Source: Eledone cirrhosa
Lineage: Eukaryota
Direction: 5' to 3'
Assembly (NCBI GenBank): GCA_964016885.1
Contig: OZ024743.1
Location: forward strand, 256,308,001 to 256,372,000
Length of the DNA: 64,000 nucleotides
The notes under the pieces are model-generated. The model was not told where the DNA came from. It worked only from the letters and a program-made list of their open reading frames with translations, and did no database searches. Within the stretch, counting starts at the first letter, position 1, and each line of letters starts with the position of its first letter. A program made the translations under genes and the position numbers. Positions 14,830 through 28,557 of this stretch are shown here, piece by piece.

Positions 14830-15095
14830 TAATCAAATTATTTATTGTGGTTGTCCTTTCAAAGGACAGACAAGAAAAATATCCTGATTAACGAAGGACA
14901 GTTAAACGTTCATAGAGAGAGAACAGCAACAATGAACAATGTAAACAAAACAGATATAGTAATTACAAATAGTCATATATTTATGTTTGAATTTATCTCT
15001 GTGTGTGTACATATATGTGCATGTCTGTATGTATGTATGTGTGTATGTATGTATCTTTGTGCACGCGCACGTGTGTGTGTGTGTGTATGTATATA

Positions 15096-18000
15096 TAATA
15101 ATAATAATAATGAAAATAGTGTGTACAGTGCTCAGGTGCACTACAACTCATCAAAAGTGTATGTGTAGAACATAGGGTAATGTACAAGCGTCAGGAAAAT
15201 AAACAGTGCATGAGTCATGATATACACATGTGTGCATGTGTATGGAAGGGGGACATCAGGTGTAGTTTTGGCGAATTTCGAGAAGCATGAGGGTTTTAAA
15301 GGATGCAGTATCTCAGCAGCTAACAACTGACGCAGGCAGTTTGTTACATGCTTCAGAAACTCTAAGCGTGAAAAAATGTTTCCGAAAGTCATGGGAGCTG
15401 GGCTGTTTTCTGATGTTGTAGGCATGTCCACATGTGTTAGACACATGGAGATCAAAAAGGTGCTCAGGGTTGTTGTTGGCGAGATGGTTAATAACTTTGA
15501 GGGTGTTTACCAAGTCCGTTGCCAGATGTCGGAGCTTCAATGAATCCATGCCCAGGGAAGCAAGGCGTTCAGAGTATGGTAGGTGTCTGATGGAGGGTAT
15601 GCGCTTGGTTGCACGTCTCTGAACAGTTTCCAGGAGGTCAATGTTCTGAACAAGATCTAGGTTCTAGACTGATGATGCGAATTCCAAGTGTGGTTGTACC
15701 ATAGCTGTATACAGCTTTAAATAGATGGCCAGAGAGCAGCTAACAAAGGTCTTGCTGAGTGATGCCAAGACACCCTCGGCCTTCTTGACAATCTTAGAGA
15801 CATGCTTTGTCCAATGCAAATCACTGCTGACAGTAATGCCCAGGTCACGTTTACAAGAGGACTTCTTGATATCAGTGTTGTGGAGGGAGTATGTGGACGT
15901 TTGATTTTTCCTCCCAAAATGCATGGTGGTACACTTGTCCACAGCCAGCTTCAGTTACCAGTCTGTGATCCATTGCTGCATTGTTTCCAGGTCTGATTAT
16001 AGGAAAGAGTTGTAGATTTCAGGATCAGTCCTTTTGATTTCAAGGTACAGCTTGTTGTCATTTGCATATTTCAGTACTGTGGCATTCTTTAAGTTGGCAT
16101 CTATATCATTAATATATGCCACAAATAAAAGGGGACCAAGAACAGATCCCTGTGGTACACCAGATGACATCTCATATGGTGAAGAATGCTGTCCTAGAAC
16201 CATGACTACCTCTTTTCGGCTGAGAATGAAGGATTTCAACCAGTTAAAAAGATCATCCCTCACACCCATTGCAGAGAGTTTCGCCATATGTCTTTTATGT
16301 GGCACAGAATTAAAAGCCTTAGCGAAGTCAAGGTAAACAACATCTACCCATGAGCCGCTGTCAGTGAACTGGGTAATGTCTTCAAGGAACTCGATAAGCT
16401 GATCACAGCAGCTGGCGATAGGGATAAATTCAAACTGCGAGGGCTGGATGAGGCTGTGAGAGCTCCAGAAGTTCCAAAGGGTTTCTCTGACACAGGATTC
16501 CATTAGTTTGGCAATACAGCTAGTAAGACTGACTGGACGATAGTTGACAGGTGACGTGCGGTCGCCCTTTTTGAACAGGGGAATGACACTGGCAGTTTTC
16601 CACTGCTCCGGAATAGCACCATTGTTGAGACAGTATTGAAAGAAGAAAGAAAGCTGGTGCAAAAGGAAGTACCCGCCACGTTTGAGAAGCAGGTATGTAA
16701 CACCATCAAGACCAGCGGAGGCATAGTTGCACTTATTCTTAAGGTGACGTCGCAACATTGCAGGTGTAAATTCCATAGTGGTTATGGAATTTGATGTTAG
16801 AGATGGTGGAGAGGGTACATTCTGGTTTTCAACAGTAAAAATGCTTGCATAGCACTCAGCAATGAGTTCTGCGCATTCTTTGGGATCGTCAGTGATCTGG
16901 CTTGTGTGGGGATTGCAAAGAGGACCAACTGGAACGTGAGGTCTCTGCTTTGAATGTACATATTTCCAGAACACCTTACTGTCAGGATTGGTTGCTATGC
17001 ACTGTTCAAATTCAAGCACTGCCCTTTTTGTCACTTGCTTGAGATGGTTGGAAGATTTATTCCACTTTTTTCTGTTGGCATCTGATTTATGCAGTTTATA
17101 TTCCCGTTCAGCGTTCCAGCATTCTTTCCTGGCAAGTCGGACCACTGAAGTTTCCAAAATTGCACTTTTGGGGTGGCTTTTTTTCTACTTATGTGGCACC
17201 GATGCTGCACACGCTATCCATATTGAGTCCAGGATGCTCTGGAGTATAGTGTTCACATCTCCAGAGTTATAGAACTGATGCCAGTTGGGGCGCTGTAGCT
17301 CAGTGCAGTACAAGTTCCAATCTGCTTTCTTCCAATCAAAGCAAGCAGATTAGAAATGGTTCTGGTTTTTGTTGGTGCCCGCAAGAGCCAGATTGGGAAT
17401 GATCATAGCATGATCAGAGTCACCTAGAGGTTCGTCAGTAGTACAACTGATAACCACTTCAGGAGTAGTGGTGAAGATCAGGTCCAAAGTGTTGTCACCT
17501 CTTGTTGGAGAGGTGACTACTTGTGACCAGTTTGAGTCCAGCACTAGCTCAAGGAAACCGTTTGCAATTTGTGGTCAACGAAAGGTTTCCCAGTCGATCT
17601 CAGGATGATTGAAATCACCTGCAATAAACACAAAAGTGGCTGTTTTCCTGGCAGCAGCTCTGGGGATATCGCAAAGATGTGTGTCCTGATGGTAGTTTGG
17701 GGTGCGATAACAACACCAAGCAGAAGTGTTGAGATGGTCATACGTATGTCACAAAAAAAAACTTCTTCTTGTGATTTATTCAAATCAACGCAAGGAATTA
17801 CCGAAAAGTTTGAACGAACATAGACCATCACACCACCACCACGGCGATTAATGCGGTCCTTGCGGAACAGGTTGTACCCAGTAATGCTGAAAACCTCATC
17901 ACAGAGTAAGGAATGTGCCCATGTTTCCGTGACTGTGATGAAGAAAGGGACAATTTAAGGACAACAATTTGTACCCTGCTTGCAGTTTATGATGGTGTGT

Positions 18001-18294
18001 AGAGGATTGCAGGTTGTTCTGGTTTAGATTTCCAGAGTTGTTGCAGTTTTTTCATTGCCAGTTATTGTGGGTAGAGCACACTCAGACCAGCTGGTATCTC
18101 TCTTCCACGTTTCACAAGCCTTAACAGACCTCCAGATCTGCCCATCATCACGCAGACTAAAACTTTCATGTTGTGCTGAGTTCCGATTCAAGGAAGCTGC
18201 AGCACGTAGCTTTGGACGTATATTGGATGGTAGGCCTGGGCGTGTTCGGAAGGTAATCCGATTTTCACGCCCAACTTTAACAGAGGCCAGATGA
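15096..18294 (-). mobile_element. Decayed CR1-group LINE (APE + RT, probable ORF1 remnant, (TTA)n tail)
   Basis: APE motifs VTETW, GYNLFRKDR..GGGVMVYV, GDFN, PTRGDNTLDLIF, SDH; RT motifs NYRPVSLTS, YLDFAKAF, GVPQGSVLGPLLF, YANDN (YADD mutated); C-terminal VQRRATKRIP..YSERL; stops and frameshifts. Confidence 0.9.
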
Positions 18295-18600
18295 TATATG
18301 TATGTATGTGTATATATAATCCCACTGTGAAAACAATGTTTTCCTGTTTCTTCCTCTTCTTACTCGTATCAATCTATTTCTAATTCTATTTTATGATGAA
18401 GGACTAACATCAAAAATATAACTCTTTTCCTACTATGTCAAGCACAAAACAAATATATATCTTCATTTTCCTGTATTATTCTCCTGTTATTTTTTCTTGT
18501 TGACATTTTTCATGTATATATAAATATATATATCATAACCATTTTATGTCCACTTCCACATTAGCATGGGTTATATATATATATAAATATATATATATGC

Positions 18601-18927
18601 AAATTCACAGTTGACACGAACATCACTAGTGCAAACTTTCTTGACGTCAACCTAGACCTACAGACAGGCACATATAAACCATATCAGAAACTGAATGATA
18701 GACTGAAATACATCAACAGAGGATCATGCCACCCGTCCACAGGGTTTAAAAATCTAGTACCTAATGTTAGCTGCAGGATATTGAGCTTATCATCCAGTAG
18801 AGAGATATTTGAAAAAGCAGGAGTGTGCTACAACAAGGCCCTCCAAGATAGTGTATTTAAAGATCAGATTAAATATATTCCTAATAACCACCCACCTAGA
18901 AATATCAATAGAAGAAGAAACATATGA
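18601..18927 (+). pseudogene. Penelope-like RT fragment of a second family (missed by the ORF track)
   Basis: Open frame KFTVDTNITSANFLDVNLDLQTGTYKPYQKLNDRLKYINRGSCHP..YNKALQDSVFKDQIKY..RRRNI* aligns by eye with the NYLDVTL..RSRRICW segment of the 29503 ORF. Confidence 0.85.
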
Positions 18928-19042
18928 ATTTGTTCTGATTCAGGTTTTCACACCTGTTTTTATTCAGCATGTTCTGTGAGTGACATGATCAAAATTATAG
19001 TGGATGCCTCTATGCATTTAGAATTGAATCGATCTAAATTCC

Positions 19043-19073
<31 letters not shown>

Positions 19074-19147
19074 AGAGAGAGAGGGAGGGTTGAGAGAGAT
19101 TTATAGTTTATACATATGTATAGATGTATGCATGTGTGTGTATATAT

Positions 19148-21160
19148 ATCATCATCACCATTTAACATCTGCTTTCCATACTAGAAAGGTTTGAATGGGT
19201 TTACATAAAGCAAGTCAGTACTTAAGCAAGGCTACTGACCTCCCTGACAGGCCAGGGAAGGGGAGCTGCATCTCACTTATGTATGGTATTACATTTTATC
19301 ATGTGCACAGAGGAGGTTGTCATGTCTTTGACACAACTGAAGGGTCCTCCCAACACTTTGTTTGGCAGGTGCTGGATGCTCTTCCTATCACCAACAACCT
19401 TACAGCATTTGCTAGGTGCATTTATTGTGTAGTCATCAATACTAGGGAGGCTGCCATGTCCTTGACATGACTGAAAGGTCTTTCCAACCTTTTGTTTAGC
19501 AAGGTTTTTATGGCTGGATGCCTTTCTTATTACCAATCATTTTACAGTGTGTACTGGGTACATTTATTGTGTGGATGACCAACACTAGAGAGGCTCTCAT
19601 GTCCTTGACACTACTGAAGGGTCTTTCTAACACTTTCTTTGGCAAGCTTTCTATGCATCTAGGGATTTAGGGTCTGAGCAGCAGCTAAGGAATGAAAATA
19701 GAAGAGTGTGTTGTGATGCTGAGGATAGCAGATAGTGAGAGGTGCAAGGGGGAAAAGAGTAGCTATGAAGGTGTGAAAGAGAAAGTATTGAGGGGCTTTG
19801 GGTAGAAGCAGCTAAGGGGTGAATACTACAGTGGGTTTGGGCAGGGTGGTGTAGTGATAGGGAAGATAGGTGCTAGGTAGTGATAATGGGGGAGGGCCCA
19901 CAAGAATAAGTCAGTCCACATTGTATGCTATTGGCCAGGTGGTCATCAGCACAGCATAGCTTCAGCCCTCATGTTTGTTAGTAATTTCTATTGTGCAATT
20001 TAGTTTTTTAATGTGTAGTATTAACAACCTCATCCTATGTCTTCCTGGGTCAGCCACTTCCACAGGTCCCAGCCACTGGAGTTTGACTGCATTTTTTATG
20101 CAGCTGCTAATTTACATATGCAATACATATCCATACAAATCAGTCTTCTCTCTTGCATGCTGCATCCATTTTCTCTTATGCCAAGATTTATCCTAAGTTT
20201 GCTTATGCTATATTGCTCATGCACACTAACATTACACATCCATCAGAGCAAACTTGACTCATTTCATTCTTCTGCAGTTACAACCCTTGTTTCACTGACA
20301 TGCAGAATTGCAATTTGCACACATGCATCTTATAGGCTACCATTTGCTCCGAGACAAAAACTCTTGGTCGTTAGCAGTAGTAACAGCTCTTTAAAATTCT
20401 TCCTGCCTGTTCTTATCCTAGCTATAACACATTCGGCACATCCTCCACTACTGCTAATTTGATCACCTAGGAAACAAAAGCTTCAACTACTTCTAAGGAA
20501 TCTCCCTGGCAATTGAAGGAATCTATTTTATATGTGCACTTAGTGCTTATTTCTCCTGCACATCTGCCACATACAAAGTCTATATTTTTCATTAGCCTGC
20601 TTGCAATCCCACTACATCTCTTGTGAGTCCTTAAATTACACTGTGTGCACCTTATGGAATTTCTGCCCACCTATTTTTTATATATCAAACAAGGCTGCTT
20701 CTCTGATAGTATCACCCTCCTGTCTTCTTTCCTAATCATGAGGACTTTCATCATTCTAACATTTACCCTTAAGACTTTCAAGTCTAAGGTCTTCCATGTG
20801 AAAGTTTGACTAACTTTTCTACAGATTGAACTATGAGGACTAGGTCATCAGCATATAAGAACGCCCATGGACTGCCAGTTTTAAACTCCTCAGTTATGAC
20901 CTGAAAGACAATGGTAGACAGGAATGGAGTGAGGACCGGGCTCTAGTGAAACCGATGCGCTCTTCAAATTCATCACTGTAGACATTGACAACTCTTACTC
21001 TATTAGTTACTTCTCTGTACATGGCCTGCAAACCCCTACACAAGCCATTCATCTAGACCTAGTTTCTTTAGTGCCCACCAATTATAGAGTGATGCACCCT
21101 ATCAAAGGCCTTCTCCAGGTCTACACATGCTAGATACAGTGACTTATGCTTAGCTAAGTA
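19148..21160 (-). mobile_element. RTE LINE 3' fragment with repeated 3' UTR domain
   Basis: Minus-strand LEKAFDR, LLYADDLVL, CTQCNLRTHKRCSG; (CAT)n tail at 19148. Confidence 0.85.
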
Positions 21161-21308
21161 TAATTATATGTATTACTGAAAAGTGATTTTACAGGGCTAG
21201 TTCTGTTTCGTTTGGTGAAGAAATTGTCAGGAAACATCTGTACTTTATGTACTGAGGAACCTACTTGAATTGTCATTCAATTCCATGCTTTAATGGAATA
21301 CTACTCTG

Positions 21309-21343
<35 letters not shown>

Positions 21344-21371
21344 ATCAAAAGATGGTTAAAGGAGTTCCATG

Positions 21372-21442
21372 TATTTTATTATGCGCATTTCAAAAACAAA
21401 CATCATCATGCAATAATATTTGCGTTTTCATCAGATAAAACA
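21372..21442 (-). ncRNA. Type I hammerhead ribozyme, inverted copy of 21637-21707
   Basis: Reverse complement of the + copy with one A/G change in stem II; core intact. Confidence 0.83.
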
Positions 21443-21636
21443 GGAGAACATGATATGAAGGCTAAAAAACACTTGTGGATAGTGCAGTTTTAAATCAACA
21501 TATGAAAAGTGGTTTTAGATTGATGTGTGATATTGGGAAAAATATTTTATTTAGAGAGGGGGGGGAAGGGGAGGAGATGAGAGGGAGAGATGGGTGATAG
21601 AGAGAAAGAGAAGTTTTCTAAATAAAATATTTCTCC

Positions 21637-21707
21637 TGTTTTATCTGATGAAAACACAAATATTATTGCATGATGATGTTTGTTTTTGAAATGCGCATAA
21701 TAAAATA
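21637..21707 (+). ncRNA. Type I hammerhead ribozyme (PLE-type, palindromic stem III)
   Basis: UUUUAU-CUGAUGA-long stem II (AAACACAAAUAU..AUGUUUGUUUUU)-GAAA-UGCGCA-UA^-AUAAAA; canonical core, stem I UUUUAU/AUAAAA, self-complementary AUGCGCAU. Confidence 0.85.
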
Positions 21708-21826
21708 CATGGAACTCCTTTAACCATCTTTTGATCTTATATTATGTATACTCCAGTCCTACAAACTGTAGAGTGCTTCTTATCCGATATCTGCATTGCT
21801 TTATTGTACTACAATAAAACTCACCT

Positions 21827-21876
<50 letters not shown>

Positions 21877-22753
21877 ATGCCACCTAATCCGAGTTCAATT
21901 TCTTTATTAATGATTTTGTCCAAGTTTCTTTATTACTTCTTTATTGTAGTTCATCACAATAATGTCCATTAACATTTCAAATCTTTGAAAATTCCATCTT
22001 CTCAATGAAATGGTGATAGTAGCATGTTGCTTTTGCATTTTTGTAGTAGGCAGCAAGAGATCATGGGAATAATGCTATAACAGCTAAAATCATCATCACT
22101 GAACTTAGATTGTTTTATCAGTTAACTCCAGTTTACGTTGATAGTTTTTTCCTATATGTTGATTTATAGTGTGTGTGAGTGTTTGTCTGTATTTTGCTAT
22201 GAATAAAAGATTTATACATCTTGAATGTTTTTGTTTTATGGAATTCTATATAACGTGTTAGTATTATCATCTGCTTTTCCATGTAGTTTTGTTTTGCATT
22301 CTCATGTGTATTGAACTGTTATATGTTAAATGTTTGTGTTCAAGGCAAAAGTTTGAAACATGAAGCTTGCAATGTTCATGTTTACATTGTGATTTTCATA
22401 TTATATTGTTGTCTGAAGTATTTTATGTGGTTTCATGTTGATGAGAAGGTTATTAACATCAATATTTTTCTAAGATAACATATTTGGTTATATATATATA
22501 TATAAATATATATATGGCAGGGGAGAGAGTGAGAGAGAGAAATATATATTAGTTTGAGGGCTTCATAAAAGAGAAAAGAATATGATTTAGTGTAGCAATA
22601 TCCACAATGATATATAAATACATCTAATACAAATACATGCTTGAAAATGAAATCAAGTTTTCTATTGAAACTAATATGTAATATATTTTCTATCTCCAGA
22701 CATTTTGTTATCTGGTAAATAGAAATGTAAGATCTTATAGTACCATATATATT

Positions 22754-23696
22754 CTAGCAGAGGTAACCAGTGTTGTCTGGGAAAGAATGTGGTCCTTATA
22801 TATTAGAAAGCAAAATAATATATATTATAGAAATTAGTTATTCTAAATACCATTTATTCTTCAATTGAGATACATGGTGAAATCAATTCTGAATTCATAT
22901 TATAACAACAAATAAACAATGAAAATATAAAATGTATCACTTTTATGAGATGAGATAAATTGTATCACATAATTTGAAGGAAATTAAGAGCTTCTTGGTT
23001 TGGTGCAAGAGATACTTTGGAGTATTATGTAATGTGGTAATGCCTGAAAAGATTGTTGCAATAAGAACTTTCTTCTCTTTTGCATGATTTTTAAAAGCTA
23101 AAATGTGGATTAAATGAGAAATGAGTGAAAATTACATGAATATTTTCACCAGGGAGATATAAATCTATGACAAATCTTACCTCATTTAAGTTATCATTGT
23201 AAACGGAATGTTAGTACCACTGGAGCTGAATGTGTTATCGGGCTTGTTAATATAACCTCACTTTGACAACACCAAATATTTCTGTGTCATTTTCTGGTAA
23301 AATACGTTAGTGTTGTAGTTAGTATCACCTCACTTTGCTTAACCTTCTATGACTATTGTAAAATGACTTTATAAAAGCTAATGCAATGTGGCTGAAGTTC
23401 AACTGATACTTTGTTCCAACAATGTTGTGTCTTTATATCTTTTAAGGGGATTCTAGACTCTTTTGCAACACAAACGATCATTCCTGAAAAATACGAACTT
23501 TCATAAAAATTCGATCCATTTGTTTTTGAATTATTCGTGATTTTTCATGAGAGAGTAGGAGAGAGAGACAGAAAGAAAGAGAGGCGGGGGGGGGGTAGGA
23601 AGGAAAAGAGTGTGGAAAATGTTTTCAAAAACGATTATTATTATGCAATGTTGAACAGACATATAAATACACAGACACTTGCTAATATCATATAGA
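22754..23696 (-). mobile_element. Old Helitron-like element, possibly with helicase debris
   Basis: Minus 5' TCTATATGATA..gtgtctgt; 3' cccagacaacactgg..CTAG; internal LIHILAF..KKVLIATIFSGITTL resembles the Pif1-type motif I-Ia region. Confidence 0.45.
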
Positions 23697-23741
23697 TAAT
23701 ATATACATGTATGTTTGTCTTTATATTATACACAGAAATAT

Positions 23742-24250
23742 ATGGAAGAGAAAGCAAGACATTTAAAAACAAAATTTAATTCTTACATGGTGCTTCGTCT
23801 TCAAGTACATTTATAATATAGTTGAATAAACAATAGCTAGATCATGGTAACAGATGTACTCTTAAAGCCTCCATAATTTTTTAAAGAATAAACGATTCAT
23901 GAATGTGTAGCTTTGCTTTGCTGTCGTACGGACTCGAACTATCCTTTCAATGGCATCTTTAAGGACAAAAAGTTTTCTCTGATGAGTCTTATAAGTGGAA
24001 TATATACGTATATGTCTACCTACTGAAGACGAAGCATCATATAAGAATTAAGCTTTGTTTTTAAGTGTCTTGCTTTCTACTCCAAATATTTCTGATTATA
24101 TTTTGCACTTAACTCTCCGTAAATATTAACTCCACTATAATATTCAACATCATATATCTAAACATTGAGCATGCTTTGCTTCAGCTTAACGCATCTAATA
24201 TATTATATCATAGAGCCTTCTCCTCTATTCTTATGATATATGTCCCTTAT
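23742..24250 (+). mobile_element. Older PLE pLTR-derived fold-back insertion
   Basis: Degenerate inverted arms ~23742-23803 / ~24025-24085 spanning the hammerhead 3' half; ends in (TA)n. Confidence 0.55.
23975..24047 (+). ncRNA. Type I hammerhead-like motif with long stem II (GAAG in place of GAAA)
   Basis: UUCU-CUGAUGA-GUCUU..GUGGA..AUAUAC GUAUAU..UCUAC..AAGAC-GAAG-CAUCAU-AUA-AGAA; the inverted partial copy near 23780-23803 reads GAAG-CACCAUG-UA-AGAA. Confidence 0.65.
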
Positions 24251-24309
24251 TTTGATATATATATATATATAATTGGAGTGGGATGCACTACTGATTCTCT
24301 GTTTCTTAT

Positions 24310-24354
<45 letters not shown>

Positions 24355-24469
24355 CTTAACTGAGACCATATAAGTCTTACCTATAATATAAATAAATCCA
24401 AACCAAACACATTCTAACTGTGAACCTAAGCAAACAAAAATCACAATCCTAAAATCAACCCTACCCACA

Positions 24470-24850
24470 ACACTTCTTCTTTTTCTTCTACCACTTATTT
24501 TTGAGAGGGGCATGGGGGCAAAGTCCTCAAACACTTCTTCCAGCAGCTCCTGTCCGAAGCAACCATCTGCAACTGATCCAGTTGGATCTCCAAGCATGAC
24601 CAGCCAATCATATGGAGGTTATCCAACCATCTTACTCCAGGTCTACCTCTGGGTCTTCTGCCAGTTGTTTTGCCCATAAAATCTGTCCAGCAATTCTTTC
24701 CACATATATTCTAACTACATTCCCATAGTATCAGAGCTGCGATCTCTCAATTTGAGAGAAGCAGCAACTTTGTCTAGAGTAACTCTCTAATCTCCAAGCT
24801 ATGCACTCTATCAAGTAACATTCCCCCAAAGACCCTTTGGAGGAACCCCC
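24470..24850 (-). mobile_element. Decayed RTE-type 3' fragment
   Basis: GRRPRGRPGVRWLDNL..DRSCW; paralogous to 6690-7030. Confidence 0.65.
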
Positions 24851-25669
24851 ATTTTGTCCAATTGTATTCACAATCATGTTCTTTTTGAACATTACCCAAG
24901 ACTCGTGATTATTTATAGGTAAGGGTTGGCACGACTACCGAATTTAAGTTAGCGAGTTTGGCTTTTACACCTATCTCCTTTCTGGTTACTGAATACTATA
25001 AATTAAATTCAAATAAGTCCTTCGAAACCATATTCAATCCCTCTTAGTCAAACAACAATTACTGGTATGGAGATAGACAGATGTCATCAGACTGAAGCTG
25101 TAATATTACATAGCTTATAAAAAGTTAATCTTCTCTGAACTCACAGTGTCATCAGACTCTATTATAGTATTGCGCTGATGATGATATACAGACTTGCAAC
25201 CATCTTTTCTAATAATATACATGCGTGTATATAATTTGCTGCTCTCCTAGCAAGGTTTCCTACACTATCGCTTATGGAATTCAGGTCTGTCCCATGCAGT
25301 CTTTTTCAATTGGTGTCACTGCTCTCCTAGATATGTGACTTCACTACAGCTTGTGGAGTTCATGTCTTCCCCATAATCCTGATCTTACTTTACTCGGCTC
25401 AGCAGCAGTCTGCAGCATAGCAATCGCCCTTGATGAAATAACAGGGTAAGTGAATGAGGAAAGCAACAAACAGAAAGGTTGTAGAAATGAGGAGGGGCTG
25501 TGAAGTAATGTCAGTTAAAACACCTAACTTGAAGGTGGTAAATAGGAGGGCATGATGTGAAGATGATAGGGTCATGAAAGAAGCAATCAAATGGAGAATC
25601 TCAAAAAAGAATGGAAAACTGTGGAGAGAAATTTTAATGACTGGAGTAATTAATTCAAAATATAGGTTG

Positions 25670-28557
25670 AAATAAAATATCAGGACTGCCACCCTCAACG
25701 TTGGCAGCCTAAAAGGTAAATCAAGTGAAATTGTGGAATTGTTAGATAGAGGAGAAATAGATGTATGCAGTGTACAAGACGCGAAATGGAGGGGTGCCTC
25801 AGTAAGACTAATCACAGACAAACAACAGCGATATAAACTCTACTAGGTAGAAAATGATGATGGGGTAGGAGGTGTAGGCATCTTACTAGCTGAGAAATGG
25901 ATAAATAAGGTGATATAGGTAGTTAGAGTATGTGTCAGAATCGATAAGCTTAGAATAGCTGTGGGAGATAGAATGGTGACAATTACATCTACCTATGCTC
26001 TACAGGCAGGACTGAGTAAAGACCAAAGGGACAGGTTCTATGAAGAAAATTTACAGACAACCTCAGGTACTGATGATAGAGACCTCAACATCCTGGAAGG
26101 TGACTTCAATGGCCATGTGTGGCAATACCAGGATGGATTCTGAGAAATTCATAGTGGCTATGGTTATAGCTCAAGAAACGTAGACAGATTGAGGCTCCTC
26201 TGAATTCTGTGACACAAATGAACCAACCAATTGCGACACAAATTCCAGGAAACTGGCCAGTTGCCTGAGTACATATCAATCAGGTGAACACACAAACCAA
26301 ATTGATTACCTACTCAGACTGTAATAAATACTAAGGCCTTCCCTGGGAAAGAATACATCACCCAACACAAATTATTTATTAGCAGCATCAAAATAAACAG
26401 AAGACAGATCAAGATACGCAGGAAAATATGGCGATGTCAGGTTTGGAAGCTAAAGGATATTTCAATTAAATGAGAGGGATGATGAGCTAGGTACATATAA
26501 TGTAGAAGACAACTGGAAACTCCTATGTGACAACTATTTGCCATCTACTGGTGAGACTTGTGGTTGGAGTAAAGTTCCAGCCAGACAGAAGGTGACATAG
26601 TGGTAGAACAGCACAGTGGATAGATCCATTAAAGCCAAGAGAAAAGCATGGAAAGACTGGAAAGATGTGGGTAGCTGAGACTAGTACCATTTAGTTAAGT
26701 GAGAAGCTAGACAAGAGGTATACACAGCTCAGAGAGAGGCTAAAAGAATAATGTTTGCCAATGTCTTGAGACGGGAGAACCAATGTTTGTGTAAATCGAG
26801 TGGTTGTTGTGGGAAAATGTATTAGAAGATGTGGTACACTTAGCACCACTGATGCCCAAAAGTAACGGGCCTGGAAATGTTACTATGAGAGATTGAATGA
26901 ATATAGAGAATGAATGAGAGGATGAGAGATTGCCTACAAATACCCAACAGAAGGATCTGATGTTAAAGTTAATAACCATAGGGTCAAAGAAGCAATCAAA
27001 AGATGAAAAATGGTAAAGCTGTGAGACCATCAGAAATAGTTGCCGAGATACTAAAAGCATCAGGAGGAGTAGGAGTCAAACTAGTAACCTGCATAGTCAA
27101 TCAGGAAATACAGAGCAGAGTTATACCCAATGGCTAGTGTAGCAGTACAATCAAACATTGCTACAAAGGCAAAGACAATGCTCTAGAAATGAGCAACTAC
27201 GGAGGAGTAAAACTAATGGAGCAAGTTATGAAAGTGATGGAAAGTGAGGAAAGAGTCCAATGAGATGAGATGCAGTTTGGTTTTATGGCTGGGAAAAGTA
27301 TTTCAGTTACCCTCTTCTTAGTGAGGCAACTACAAGAGAGGCTCCTCACCAAGAATAAGCCACTATTTTTAGCTTTCATTGATCTAGAAAAGGCCTTTGA
27401 TAGAGGACCACAATCCATTATCTGGTGGTCCTTAAGGAAATTAAGTGGCTTGTGAGATCAGTGCAAGTCATGTACAGAGGAGCTGTTAGTAAAGAGAGAG
27501 TAAGAACTGTGTTTAGTGAGGAATTCAAGGTACAGTTTGAAGTTCATCAACGTTCAGTTTTTAGCCTATAGTTGTTTATCATAGTTCTCCATGCTATAAC
27601 AAAGTAGTTTAAAACTGATTGTTCATGGGAACTTCTCTAAGCAAATGTAAAATAACTAGAAAATAGGTTCTGACTATGGAAACAGAATTTGGAATCAAAA
27701 GGCCTGAAAGTAAACTTAACCAAAACCAAAGTGCTAGTGAGTGGGAAGGAAGACAGGACCTTGATGCCTTTAGAGAAGTGGCCCTGCTCCATAAGTAGAA
27801 AAGGAGTAGGCATAAATCCCATACGGTATACACAATGTCAATTTTGGGTACACAAGAGATGTAGTGCGATAATAGGTAGTCTAGCAGGAAAAGAAGACTT
27901 TGTATGTAGATGTACAGGAGTAATCTAGGGGAAGAGCAGCAATGATATAAATCTCTTCAATTCACTGAAAGTGTCCATAGAGGTGGTTTGATTGGTAGCT
28001 TCTGTTATCAAGGTGACTTTGTTAACAGTAGAGGAGGGTGCTCTGAAAACATAATATTTAGAATAAGGAAAGGATGGAAGTTTAGAGAGCTACTCCAACT
28101 GTTGACAACAAAAGGTTTCTCCCTACTTACAAAAGGGAGGCTTGCATACAAAGTGCAATGCTGCATGATAGTGTAACATGGGTAGTAACTGCAAAAGACA
28201 TGCATAGACTGAAGAAAAGTGAAGCAGCTATACTTCATCTGAAGAAGAAGCTGGGTTTAAGAGGAAATTGAGTTGGTGTGCAGAAGAGAAGACTACATTG
28301 GTTCGAAAATGCGATGTGCATGGAGGATAATCAATAGGTGAAGATGTGCCAGGAAATGCCAGTGGAAAGAAGCCACAGTAGAAGTAGACTGAGAAAGACT
28401 TGGGTAGAGTTGGTGAGAGCTGACCTCAAATTACTGAGACTCACAGAGGAGAAGACAAAGAAATGTGGCAAGTGGAGAATCGCTGTGCTGAGAAACACCC
28501 ATCCAACCCATGCATTTATGGAAAAACAGACATAAAAACAATGATGATGATGATGAT
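25670..28557 (+). mobile_element. Decayed near full-length RTE-clade LINE
   Basis: ATLNVGSLKGKSSEIVELLDRGEIDVCSVQ (APE), GDFNGHV, QFGFMAGKS, FIDLEKAFDR, GLKVNLTKTKV, Cys-rich segment, RLRKTWVE; tail acccatgca..ggaaaa..(GAT)n. Confidence 0.9.

Larger units (their letters stand above)
21338..21829 (+). mobile_element. PLE pLTR-derived fold-back insertion in (TA)n
   Basis: ~110-bp inverted arms (21338-21448 / 21631-21741), each with a hammerhead; ~90-bp tail; (TA)n on both flanks. Confidence 0.75.

Noticed and set aside
15997-17157. 386-aa ORF as a domesticated RT gene
   Set aside because: Catalytic YADD mutated and flanked by frameshifted parts of the same LINE.
25080-25185. Three CTGATGA boxes
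   Set aside because: No matching stem II/GAAA arrangement.
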